Shown in pieces: positions 28,501 to 37,212 of a stretch of 64,000 bases of DNA. The position numbers and the translations under genes are program-made. The DNA lies in assembly GCA_021324885.1 (NCBI GenBank), contig JAJPIF010000025.1, positions 46,713-110,712 of the forward strand, written 5' to 3'. The stretch comes from Pseudomonadota bacterium. Its GTDB lineage: Bacteria > Desulfobacterota > Binatia > Binatales > Binataceae. Below the pieces are notes generated by a model. It saw only the letters and a program-made list of their open reading frames with translations. It was not told the origin of the DNA and did no database searches. Position 1 is the stretch's first letter. Every line of letters begins with the position of its first letter.

Positions 28501-29874
28501 CTAACGCGCGCCAAACAATTTCGAATCCAGATGCAGTCCGGCGGCTTCAAGCCGCCGGGAGTAAACCGAGCGGATCCCCGTGGGCCGGAAGGTGCCGAGC
28601 ACTTTGCCGTCTGGCCCGACTCCAGTGCGCACGAACTCGAACAAGTCCTGCATCGAGATCGCCTCGCCCTCGACGCCGGTGACCTCTGAAATCTTGATCA
28701 GCTTGCGGCTGCCGTCGGAAAGCCGTGCGACCTGCAAAAAGATGTTGATTGCTGAACTGATCTGGGTTCGCATAGCGCGGTCGGGCAGCGCGAAACCGGA
28801 GAACATCATCATCATTTCAAGGCGGTTGAGGCTGTCGCGCGGACTGTTGGCGTGGATAGTGGAAATCGAGCCGTCATGGCCGGTGGACATGGCCTGAAGC
28901 ATGTCGATTACTTCGGCGCCGCGCACCTCGCCGACAACGATGCGGTCGGGACGCATGCGCAGAGAGTTCCGCACCAGGTCGCGCTGGGTTACCTCGCCTT
29001 TGCCTTCCAGATTGGGTGGACGGGTCTCCAGCCGGACCACGTGCGGTTGCTGGAGCGAAAGTTCGGCCGAGTCCTCGATCGTAATGATGCGTTCGTTGTG
29101 CGGTATAAAGGAGGTCAGGCAGTTCAACATCGTGGTTTTGCCCGATCCGGTACCGCCGCAGACCAGCAGATTGAGCCTGGCTTTGACGATCACATTGAGA
29201 AATTCGGCCATCTGCGTGGTCAGAGTGCCATTCTTGATCAGAGTATCGATGGTGAGCGGCTCGCGTCCGAAGCGGCGGATCGACAGAACCGGACCGTCCA
29301 GAGCCAGCGGTGGAATAATCGCGTTGACGCGCGAGCCGTCGGCCAGGCGCGCATCGACCATCGGCGAGGATTCGTCGACGCGGCGGCCAACGCTGGCAAC
29401 GATGCGTCCGATTACGTTGAGCAGATGTTCGTCATCCTGAAAAACGACATCGGTCTTGTACAGTTTGCCGCCGCGCTCGATATAAACCTCGCTGGAGCCG
29501 TTAACCAGGATATCGCTGATGGTATCGTCGCGGAGCAGCGGCTCCAGCGGCCCGAGGCCAAGGATTTCATTTTTGACCTCTTCGATCAGCCGCAGGCGAT
29601 CCGTATCGGTGACCAGCCGATCCTGCTCCTCCAGATGCTCGTTTATAGCCGCCGTCAGTTTGGTCTGGACCTGGGCCTGATCCAGCGACTCGATTTTGCT
29701 CACGTCCAGCGTGTGAAGCAGATAATCGAGCATCTCGCTTTTCAGTTCGCGAAACGCCGCCGCGTCACCGGTCTCCTTTGTAGTATCCCGGCGCTGGGAA
29801 ACCACCGCCAACGAGGAAACCGCCGTTGAGCCGCTGCCGTTCGCGTTTTTCGAGAGACGTTCACTCAGCGGCAT
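28501..29874 (-). CDS. cpaF: CpaF/TadA family pilus assembly ATPase
   Basis: 457 aa; Walker [15 protein letters not shown], secretion-ATPase His box region. Confidence 0.85.
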   Translation of the reverse strand: MPLSERLSKNANGSGSTAVSSLAVVSQRRDTTKETGDAAAFRELKSEMLDYLLHTLDVSKIESLDQAQVQTKLTAAINEHLEEQDRLVTDTDRLRLIEEVKNEILGLGPLEPLLRDDTISDILVNGSSEVYIERGGKLYKTDVVFQDDEHLLNVIGRIVASVGRRVDESSPMVDARLADGSRVNAIIPPLALDGPVLSIRRFGREPLTIDTLIKNGTLTTQMAEFLNVIVKARLNLLVCGGTGSGKTTMLNCLTSFIPHNERIITIEDSAELSLQQPHVVRLETRPPNLEGKGEVTQRDLVRNSLRMRPDRIVVGEVRGAEVIDMLQAMSTGHDGSISTIHANSPRDSLNRLEMMMMFSGFALPDRAMRTQISSAINIFLQVARLSDGSRKLIKISEVTGVEGEAISMQDLFEFVRTGVGPDGKVLGTFRPTGIRSVYSRRLEAAGLHLDSKLFGAR

Positions 29875-29877
29875 CGC

Positions 29878-31107
29878 TTATCTCCTGGAGTTCTTCCCAT
29901 TACGTGAGAATGAAAAAAACTTGTTGAACAGGCTGGCCTTGGGCTTCTTCTGAGCCAGACCGCAAAGCTCATTCGCCAACGCTTCATATCCGCGGACCAG
30001 CGCCGAACGAGGCGCGACCTTCCACAGATCTTCACCGCGGGTCACAACCAGCCGAATAGAATCATCGTCGCGGGGCAAGCGTGCGGCCAAGGGACGCCCC
30101 AGCGTATTGGTAATATGCTTGTCGCTGATTGGATGGTGCGCAATCCAGCGGTTGAGGACGATTCTGGGAGCGATATTGGAGAGATTGAGCCGGCCAAACA
30201 GGTCCAGGAAACGCCACGCCCCGCGAATCGCGCCGATCGACTGGTCGATCACGTACACTATCTCGTCCGAGTTCTCCCATGCCGCGACCGAACTGTCGTT
30301 GATGTGGCGACCGACATCCACAATCACCACGTCCACCATCTCGAGCAGCATGGACAGAATATCGGTGACCCGCGAAGAAGGAACTTGCTCGCTTTCCTCG
30401 ATCCGGCGCGGTGCGGCGAGCAGATATATCCCCGAGGGATGTCTGGTCAGGGCGGATTCGACCTGCACCGAGTTAAGGCGGATTTTTGCCTCCGCCAGAT
30501 TAATAATCGAGTGCTCGGGTTCGAGGTTGAGGGCAGCGTCAAGGTCGCCGGACTGGAAGTCCAGGTCAACCAACGCAACCTTTTTTTCGGTCGAATGAGC
30601 TAGCGCCAGTGCGCAGTTGGCAGCGATCGTGGTCACGCCGGCGCCGCCCGTCACGCTGACCATCGAAATCAGTCTGCCCCTGGTACCCGGTTGGGGAGCG
30701 GCACTGACTTCGCTGATTTTCAGCAGAGCGCGGGCCAGTTCTCCCTGGTCGACAGGCAGGAACAGAACCTCATCCGCACCGGCACGCAGCGCGGCGCGCA
30801 CGGCTTGCGGCGCCCGCTCCTTCATCAGCGCAATGCGGACCGGTGTCTTGCCTGATTCGGCGCCCGGCGCCGGAATACGCGCGGGATGACGCTCGCTGGT
30901 GAAGACGAACATCACGACATCGGTGGGCTCGCGCATCTGTTCGGGACGCGCGGCGATATCGGCGTCGTGGATATCCAGCGGCTCCTCGGTGGCTTCCAGA
31001 GCCGCGCGGATTTGCGCGCCATTATCGGGATCGGCAAACAGGAGGACGCGCAGTTTGCGCGGTCCGCCTGCCGGCTCATGAAGCAGGATGTCAGCGTCTT
31101 GCGCCAC
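29878..31107 (-). CDS. cpaE: CpaE/TadZ-like pilus localisation protein (pseudo-receiver + deviant ParA/MinD-like ATPase domain)
   Basis: 409 aa. N-terminal receiver-like domain, then a ParA-fold domain whose Walker A reads SVTGGAGVTT (about 30631-30657) instead of KGGxGK[ST], so both lysines are replaced. Confidence 0.7.
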   Translation of the reverse strand: MAQDADILLHEPAGGPRKLRVLLFADPDNGAQIRAALEATEEPLDIHDADIAARPEQMREPTDVVMFVFTSERHPARIPAPGAESGKTPVRIALMKERAPQAVRAALRAGADEVLFLPVDQGELARALLKISEVSAAPQPGTRGRLISMVSVTGGAGVTTIAANCALALAHSTEKKVALVDLDFQSGDLDAALNLEPEHSIINLAEAKIRLNSVQVESALTRHPSGIYLLAAPRRIEESEQVPSSRVTDILSMLLEMVDVVIVDVGRHINDSSVAAWENSDEIVYVIDQSIGAIRGAWRFLDLFGRLNLSNIAPRIVLNRWIAHHPISDKHITNTLGRPLAARLPRDDDSIRLVVTRGEDLWKVAPRSALVRGYEALANELCGLAQKKPKASLFNKFFSFSRNGKNSRR

Positions 31108-31109
31108 TG

Positions 31110-33050
31110 CTAGAATCTCGGCCGCGCCGCGTCCGGCGTGGTCAGCGAGCGGGTCCGGACTTCTTCCGGCGTCAGCGGTCCCTGGCGTTCGGTGGGCAGC
31201 GCCACTTCGGCACCCGGCGGCAGCGGCCGGACGATTTCCGGGGTCACGCTCATTACCAGTTCATCCTTGTCATGCTGCCAGTAGGTTTGTTTGAACAGGC
31301 TGCCCAAATAGGGAATATCGCCCAGATAGGGAACCTTCTGAACCTGGGCTTTGCTGGTATCGAGAATCAAGCCGGCAATGATCAAGGTCTGGTTATCACG
31401 AAGGCGGACGCGAGTTTCAGCCCGGCGGGTCAGAAATGCCGGCACCGTAAAGCCAAATAGCGAAACACCCTGTGAATAGTCCGGCTGCGAGACTTCCGGC
31501 CGCACCGCCAGGTCGATGTCGCCACCACCGATTACGGTCGGCACGAAGATCACCGAAGTACCATACTGCTTGAATACGATCGTGGTGGTCAGGGCCTGGG
31601 TGATTACGATCGGAATTTCGCCGCCGTCCAGAAACTTCGCCTTTTGACCGGAATTGGCCAGCAGTTGCGGCCGGGCCAGAATTCTGGCGAGGTTGTGCTG
31701 CTCGAGAAACTGGAAAAAGGCATAGGTCGACACATTGGAGTTCTGACCGGCTACCGCGTAAGTAATATTTTGTGAATTCAGCAGCGGCATGGTCGTACCG
31801 CCCGGAACCATGCTGATCGGACCTTCGGCGCCGGCGGCCGTGAAGGGGGTGGCAACATAACCGGGGAAGCTCAGAGCAGTAAAGCCGTACTTGGTCAGGG
31901 CCGCCGAAATGTTGACGCCCATCTGCTCCAGTTTGCTGAGGTCAACCTCGGCCACAATCGCATGCAGCATGACCTCCTGATGGCCCGCGATTTCGGTCCA
32001 AATCTGCCGCTCCAGATAGTTGCCCTGGCTGTCCCAGACCACCAGCGTGCTGAAGCCGGGCTTGTGCCCAACCAGCATCACCTGATGATTTCCGAGCACT
32101 TGGACGTCCGCCACTCCGCTATTGGAGATCGAAATCCGGCTGATAGGCCCGCCGAAATCATAGACCTGGGAGGTTCCGGAGGTGATCGTAATGGTGCCCG
32201 GGGGCAGGTTGTGCCGGCCGCCAAAGGCCACGTGATTGACGTAGCTCTCCGAGCCTGCCAACGCACGCGGATTCGTCGTGAACTGCTGGTTGAGCACAGC
32301 GGGCGGCTGTTCATGCCATTGGCTGCCGGTACTGGCGGCGACGTTGGCCGAAAGCGTCTGCGCCGAGCTATCGGACGACGTCACACCGCTGGCGTAGTCC
32401 TCTCCATTCGCTCCGCTGAATGCGGTTGGTCCCACCACTTCGGTCTTGGTGGTGATGCTATCCCCATTTGCGTTCGCAGCGGCCCCTGAGGACGCAGCCG
32501 CCACCGGTCCGGTTCCTGAGTCGGGGGCGCTGGCGACCACGCCTGCACCGGGTCCCATGGTACCGGCCGGCGCAACGGCAGTTTCAGCCTTCGCTATAGG
32601 CGCAGGGTTCGCCACCGCAGCGGTGGCGGGAGCGTACGGAGCGGGAGCGGCAGTTTCGGGATGACCCGCGCCACTCAAGACCGGCGGCGGTGAGGAGCCC
32701 GGATTGAGCGGGCTGCTGGCATTGACAACACCGCCGACGATGACGTGATAAGTTACGTCTTCGCCCCCCACTTTGGTCTGGATTGAACCTTCGCCAGGCT
32801 GAAAACTGAATATGGTCAGCGAATGGGAGCCGGTGTTTTTGACCGTGAAGGCGTTGGGGTTGCTGATGAAGTTGACCACCGGTGCGGCGGTGGTATCGAC
32901 GTTTTTGATTTGATAAGCCTCGCCAGCCTTAAGCGTCACCGTTACCAGTTGCTGGGCATAAACCTGGCCGGGAGCGAGGGCGGCGCCGGTTATTAGGAGA
33001 GCCGCGACCAAGGCTGCGTGAAAATTAAACTGACTCTTAGTAGGCTTCAT
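31110..33050 (-). CDS. cpaC: CpaC/RcpA secretin (type II/III secretion system secretin family)
   Basis: 646 aa with signal peptide. C-terminal secretin domain pattern. Shares its last base with the cpaB stop/start junction (TAATG). Confidence 0.8.
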   Translation of the reverse strand: MKPTKSQFNFHAALVAALLITGAALAPGQVYAQQLVTVTLKAGEAYQIKNVDTTAAPVVNFISNPNAFTVKNTGSHSLTIFSFQPGEGSIQTKVGGEDVTYHVIVGGVVNASSPLNPGSSPPPVLSGAGHPETAAPAPYAPATAAVANPAPIAKAETAVAPAGTMGPGAGVVASAPDSGTGPVAAASSGAAANANGDSITTKTEVVGPTAFSGANGEDYASGVTSSDSSAQTLSANVAASTGSQWHEQPPAVLNQQFTTNPRALAGSESYVNHVAFGGRHNLPPGTITITSGTSQVYDFGGPISRISISNSGVADVQVLGNHQVMLVGHKPGFSTLVVWDSQGNYLERQIWTEIAGHQEVMLHAIVAEVDLSKLEQMGVNISAALTKYGFTALSFPGYVATPFTAAGAEGPISMVPGGTTMPLLNSQNITYAVAGQNSNVSTYAFFQFLEQHNLARILARPQLLANSGQKAKFLDGGEIPIVITQALTTTIVFKQYGTSVIFVPTVIGGGDIDLAVRPEVSQPDYSQGVSLFGFTVPAFLTRRAETRVRLRDNQTLIIAGLILDTSKAQVQKVPYLGDIPYLGSLFKQTYWQHDKDELVMSVTPEIVRPLPPGAEVALPTERQGPLTPEEVRTRSLTTPDAARPRF

Positions 33051-34093
33051 TAGTTGGTGTCACTCCCCATGCTCATCCCGGCACCCCCGCCGGACATCCC
33101 GTCGTTGGAACCGCCTGCGGCGGCGCCGTCATCCGACGCACCGTTGTCATCGCCGCCCAAGCTGGGTGTGCCGACGCCGGATCCATCGGAAGGGCCCGGA
33201 CCCGCGGCGGCAGAAACCCTCAAGGCGCGGCCGTCGCCGCCCAAGGGAATCAATTCACGGCTACTGCCGTTGCGCAGCACTTCGATGGGCGGCGGCCGCC
33301 ACCGGCGAATGATCCTTCTAACTCGTACATGCACCACGGGAGGCGGCGCCTGAGTCACGGGCACCGGCGGTGGGGCGTCACCCATTACCTTGCGGACATT
33401 GCTTCCCGATGTCGGCACATATGCATTGTCGCCATAGCCACGCAGCGCAAGCTGCAGTTTGCCCTGGGTGCTGGCCACCGCAAGGCGCTCAGCCTGGTCC
33501 GGGCTGACCAGCAGGGTTACGACGCGTTCGGGCTGGGGCTGATCCTTGCGCTGAACGGTCTGAGCGGCAGCCAAAACGGGGATATCCTGAAGCACGATCT
33601 TGGAACGACCGGCGTCTTTGTCATTGCCGGTCAGCGAGAGCAGAACATCGACCTTGGTAAACGGCAGGACGAAGCCTGACATGTCGGAGACGTCGTCCAC
33701 CGCCACCGACATCGCGCGCATGTCAGGGGGGATCATCAGGGGCAGCACCCCGGAAGTCTGGTCGGCGGCAGCCAGATGCGACGTCACGAGCGGCTCGTCC
33801 TCGACGAATTCGGCTTTGGCCACGCTGCCGATCACGGAGTTCGAGTCAGTAATTGCTCCCGGCGGCAAAGCATTGCGCGGCCAGCGCGCCAGCTTGACGT
33901 AAGAAGAATCGATTTTGCTGCCAATTGGGATGTCGCGCGCCGCAACGACGATCGGAACCGTCGTGGCCAGGGCCCTTTGCACTTCCAGGTCCTTTTTCTT
34001 CAAGGACGAATAAACGACCATAGAGGCCAGCGCCGCAGCAATCCCCGCAAGCACCAGAAAAATTAAAGGTCTACTCACTTGACCCGCCTCCAA
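33050..34093 (-). CDS. cpaB: Flp pilus assembly protein CpaB/RcpC (SAF domain)
   Basis: 347 aa; N-terminal TM helix, SAF-like region (VVAARDIPIGSKI), Gly/Ser-rich tail. Possible GTG start slightly downstream of 34093. Confidence 0.75.
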   Translation of the reverse strand: MEAGQVSRPLIFLVLAGIAAALASMVVYSSLKKKDLEVQRALATTVPIVVAARDIPIGSKIDSSYVKLARWPRNALPPGAITDSNSVIGSVAKAEFVEDEPLVTSHLAAADQTSGVLPLMIPPDMRAMSVAVDDVSDMSGFVLPFTKVDVLLSLTGNDKDAGRSKIVLQDIPVLAAAQTVQRKDQPQPERVVTLLVSPDQAERLAVASTQGKLQLALRGYGDNAYVPTSGSNVRKVMGDAPPPVPVTQAPPPVVHVRVRRIIRRWRPPPIEVLRNGSSRELIPLGGDGRALRVSAAAGPGPSDGSGVGTPSLGGDDNGASDDGAAAGGSNDGMSGGGAGMSMGSDTN

Positions 34094-34151
34094 CAGCTTT
34101 GTGTAACTGCGCTCCCATCACAGGCCCGACACATTAAAATCTTGTTTTAAA

Positions 34152-34700
34152 TTATTCAACCATCACCGACGTCGAATTGCTGATCGGTGTTGTTTTAAAC
34201 GTCGAGATAAACGGCAAAGAATACCCCAGGAAATCCGTTGGCAGGAAAAGCTTGTTTCCCTTGTATAAATTGTAACTTATCGTGACGGTGAGCTGGTCGC
34301 CCGAGTTGATGGTGCTATCGCTGCTTCCTGTGCTGGTTGTACAGGCGATGTTGGAAATACTTAGCCCGGAACCGCCGGAGCAGCCGTCAAAGCCTGAAGT
34401 GCAAATGGTTGGCGGGGTCGGCACGTTGGCTTCGATGGTTGAATTGTAGGATGTATCGCAGTTTGAGCCGGTACCATGGACTGCGGCATAGCGCGCAGCT
34501 ACATAAGAATATTCACTGACAGCTAATGCTGCGTTAAAAATCAGGGCAAGCTGCAATCCGCCGAACAGGATAAGCAGGACCACGGCGATGGCGATAGCGG
34601 TTTCAACCATCGCCTGCCCCAGCTCAGCTCGACGCCCACGGCGGACCGTATGGCCTGATTTTCTCGGCAAGAAGCTAGCGTATAAGCATGGTTGACTCAT
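34152..34700 (-). CDS. tadE: TadE-family pseudopilin-like protein
   Basis: ORF 34152..34772. TadE N-terminal pattern RRGRRAELGQAMVETAIAIAVVLLILF after internal Met (34700). No clear Shine-Dalgarno for either start, so the start is uncertain. Ser/Thr-rich extracellular part. Confidence 0.6.
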   Translation of the reverse strand: MSQPCLYASFLPRKSGHTVRRGRRAELGQAMVETAIAIAVVLLILFGGLQLALIFNAALAVSEYSYVAARYAAVHGTGSNCDTSYNSTIEANVPTPPTICTSGFDGCSGGSGLSISNIACTTSTGSSDSTINSGDQLTVTISYNLYKGNKLFLPTDFLGYSLPFISTFKTTPISNSTSVMVE

Positions 34701-34827
34701 TGTGATCAGGAGACGCCAATTATTTTCGTTTCGCGGGCCGGCCGGCCACCATTTCCTGCTTAAGCCGTGCATCGATAGGCATGCACGGCTTTCTCAACGC
34801 TCCTTTTATACATCACAAACCGCGAAA

Positions 34828-34855
34828 GCAAAAGAGCGCAGGACCCCCCTTTTGC
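34828..34855 (-). terminator. putative intrinsic terminator/attenuator hairpin between flp1 and tadE
   Basis: Inverted repeat GCAAAAG ... CTTTTGC (7-bp stem, GC-rich 14-nt loop). On the transcribed strand it is followed by UUUCGCGGUUU. It lies in the flp1-tadE gap, where pilin/machinery attenuation is common. Confidence 0.3.
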
Positions 34856-34926
34856 CGATTCCTGCGTGCCGAAGTCATCAAAAATCGAGACCCGGCTGGT
34901 CAACCGCCTTCTGGGTACGAGGGCGC

Positions 34927-35109
34927 CTAAACTGAAGCGGCGACCCCCGTCATCGCGGTGCTGACGTTCGAACCCAGGGCCTTGACAGCGGCGTACGCCG
35001 CGATCGCGATCAGGGCGAGCAGGATAATGTACTCGGTATATCCCTGCCCTTCCTTCGGTTCCCGCATGCGCACCCACGTACCCACGATCCGGTCCTTCAA
35101 ACGTTCCAT
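34927..35109 (-). CDS. flp: Flp family type IVb prepilin
   Basis: 60 aa (alternative Met at 35067). G-X4-EY prepilin processing motif (G QGYT EY) followed by hydrophobic helix IILLALIAIAAYAAV. Confidence 0.75.
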   Translation of the reverse strand: MERLKDRIVGTWVRMREPKEGQGYTEYIILLALIAIAAYAAVKALGSNVSTAMTGVAASV

Positions 35110-35227
35110 CCTTCAGTCCTCCTTGGTTGTTTGTTCTCATCTCGGTGGAGAAGTCCGGTCCTCACACCGTTAAGAGCCTGATTGCGATAAAGCCAGCGTT
35201 GGGCCGTAAAGCTCCCTCTTGCGTCCG

Positions 35228-35470
35228 TTAAACGGACGGGGCGACCTGGTCATACAAACCCGTCGTAAGCTGACTGCCGAAAAACTTCACAGCGCTGTAA
35301 GCCACCAGTGCGATAAGACCGAGGAGGATCACGTACTCGGTATAGCTCTGCGCCTGTTCGCTATTGCTATACAACACGTACAACCGTGTCGCGCGGCTAT
35401 TGATGTTTAGCATGGCCTGCCTCGATTTGGATAGAAGAAGCTCTGACCGCACCTCCGTGGCATTTTTCAT
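35228..35470 (-). CDS. flp: Flp family type IVb prepilin (second copy, Ala at -1)
   Basis: 80 aa (alternative Met at 35413). SEQA QSYT EY VILLGLIALVAY has the Flp X4-EY core, but Ala replaces the usual Gly before it. Confidence 0.65.
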   Translation of the reverse strand: MKNATEVRSELLLSKSRQAMLNINSRATRLYVLYSNSEQAQSYTEYVILLGLIALVAYSAVKFFGSQLTTGLYDQVAPSV

Positions 35471-35709
35471 CTATCATTTTTTTTTCTGCTTTACAATACT
35501 TTACGATCATCTACAGGATGGGCTTTGTAACACATGATAGGATTTGCTGTCAAGTAGTAGAAAAAAAATTTTTCTGTGGAAAAAGATCACCGGACAGCAT
35601 GAATTTGTCGCAAAAGCCACATATTTTGAGTCCATGCTGATGGCTCGATCTTTTAACACCTGTTGCACCACGCGGCGAAAAAACGCGATTTAGCTTTTTT
35701 TGGGCCGGA
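35471..35709. promoter_or_regulatory. AT-rich divergent promoter region between flp2 and the ArnT-like glycosyltransferase genes
   Basis: About 240 bp non-coding, markedly AT-rich, with T9 and A8 homopolymer runs. Sits between divergently oriented operons. Confidence 0.45.
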
Positions 35710-37179
35710 TTGATGAATGGCTTACCGATAAATCGAATGGGGAGGGACCCCGGAATCGGGACCTGGGGTCCAGCCGCTGCGTTGATCCTGGGGGCGGGAA
35801 TCCTTTACAGCCTCCACCTGCGCCGTCCGCTGGACTCCAGCGAGGCGTACACTGCGCTTGCCGCTGCACAACGCAGCTGCACCGCCGTGGTCCGGATCGC
35901 GATGCGTTTTGATCCGGGCAAGCCGCCGGTTTACCAGATCGCGCTGCACTACATCGAGCGGCTGTTGGGAGGAAGCGAGCTGACGCTGCGCGCGCCGTCG
36001 GTAATCGCGTCGATGGCCAACATCGCCCTGCTGGTGGGATTGGGCCAGACAATGTTCGAGCCGGCGGTAGGTCTGGCCGCGGCGCTGATCTGGGCAGTCA
36101 ATCCGCTGGCCATCATCTTTGCGGCGTGGGCGCGAGATTACGCGCTGCTGATCACGTTTTCCCTAGCGCAACTGTTGACGTTCTGGAAGCTGCGCGGCGC
36201 GCGATCTTCCGCGGCAGCTGTCGTAGTGTGCGGCCTGTTGGGCGCCGCGATGCTTTACACCCATCTGTGCACGGCTCTGGTCCTCGCCGCGGAAGCAGCC
36301 TTGCTGGTTGGCGCCGCATGGCGGGGCGCGCGGACTTTGGAGTCATGGACTGCGATAGGCCTGGCATTGGGTTTGTTTGCTCCGATGATTCCATCGCTCA
36401 TCACACAGATGCACACCGTCGTTTCGGGGCATTTGTACGATTGGATCGGCTCAGCGCATCAGACTTCTATTTGGGACAAAGCCCTGGCCTGCGCCATCGC
36501 AGCCGCAGCCGTGGGCGTGCTCATTTTCGCACCTCGCTTTGAGCAAGATGAGCGCGAGCCGATGCGGTGGTGCATTGGAATTGCCCTGATACCGGCTGCG
36601 GCGCTGATCGCCGGATCGGTGGTGGTGCGGCCGATGTTCGCAATCCGTTATGTGTCACCCTCAGTGGCGATTCTGATCTTGTTGGGGGCGCGTCTTTTGG
36701 CATCCTTCAGGACCAGGGTATTTCACCTGAGCACGGTCGGGATAGCCGCTTTCCTGGCCTTTCTGTACCCCTGCTATGGATGGTACGAGCCGTGGCCTGA
36801 CATCGCGCGCGCGGTGGCCAGCGGTTCGCCCGCGGAGCCGGTGTTCTTCGAACCAATCTTTACCGACCCCAAAGATCCACTGGCCGATCGCGGGCAGGGT
36901 TTCCCTCAAGGCTTCTTTCGTCCTGCATTTGATCATTATTTTGCCGGGCCCAACCCGCGCCGAGTAGTGGATCCTTCGAGGCCCGAACAGGCGCGGCGGA
37001 CGATAGCCGCGGCCGCGAAAGCGGCGCACGGGGCCTGGCTGGTCTCGATGTTCAGCGAGGACAAGGCGCGCGTGGAATTGCCCCAAAACTGTTTCAGGAT
37101 CGAAAAGAAGGTAGGTTCCTATGATACAGTCCTGCTTCATGTGGTCCCGCTTGGCGCGGACCGGTGCAAGTCTCGGTAA
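35710..37179 (+). CDS. ArnT/PMT_2-like GT-C glycosyltransferase (GT83/GT39-like); paralog C1
   Basis: 489 aa polytopic. First periplasmic loop LDSSEAYTA (DE-x-Y-type acidic motif), FDPGKPPVYQ (KPP motif), GGSELTLRAPSVIAS. The order of these motifs mirrors the ArnT N-terminal region. Confidence 0.6.
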   Translation: MMNGLPINRMGRDPGIGTWGPAAALILGAGILYSLHLRRPLDSSEAYTALAAAQRSCTAVVRIAMRFDPGKPPVYQIALHYIERLLGGSELTLRAPSVIASMANIALLVGLGQTMFEPAVGLAAALIWAVNPLAIIFAAWARDYALLITFSLAQLLTFWKLRGARSSAAAVVVCGLLGAAMLYTHLCTALVLAAEAALLVGAAWRGARTLESWTAIGLALGLFAPMIPSLITQMHTVVSGHLYDWIGSAHQTSIWDKALACAIAAAAVGVLIFAPRFEQDEREPMRWCIGIALIPAAALIAGSVVVRPMFAIRYVSPSVAILILLGARLLASFRTRVFHLSTVGIAAFLAFLYPCYGWYEPWPDIARAVASGSPAEPVFFEPIFTDPKDPLADRGQGFPQGFFRPAFDHYFAGPNPRRVVDPSRPEQARRTIAAAAKAAHGAWLVSMFSEDKARVELPQNCFRIEKKVGSYDTVLLHVVPLGADRCKSR

Positions 37180-37212
37180 GCGCTGCTGTCCGAATCTGCG
37201 CAATGCACCCGG

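Noticed and set aside
35222-35238. Hairpin CGTCCGTT-A-AACGGACG overlapping the flp2 stop codon
   Set aside because: The loop is too short for a stable stem-loop and there is no following U-tract. It is probably coincidental.
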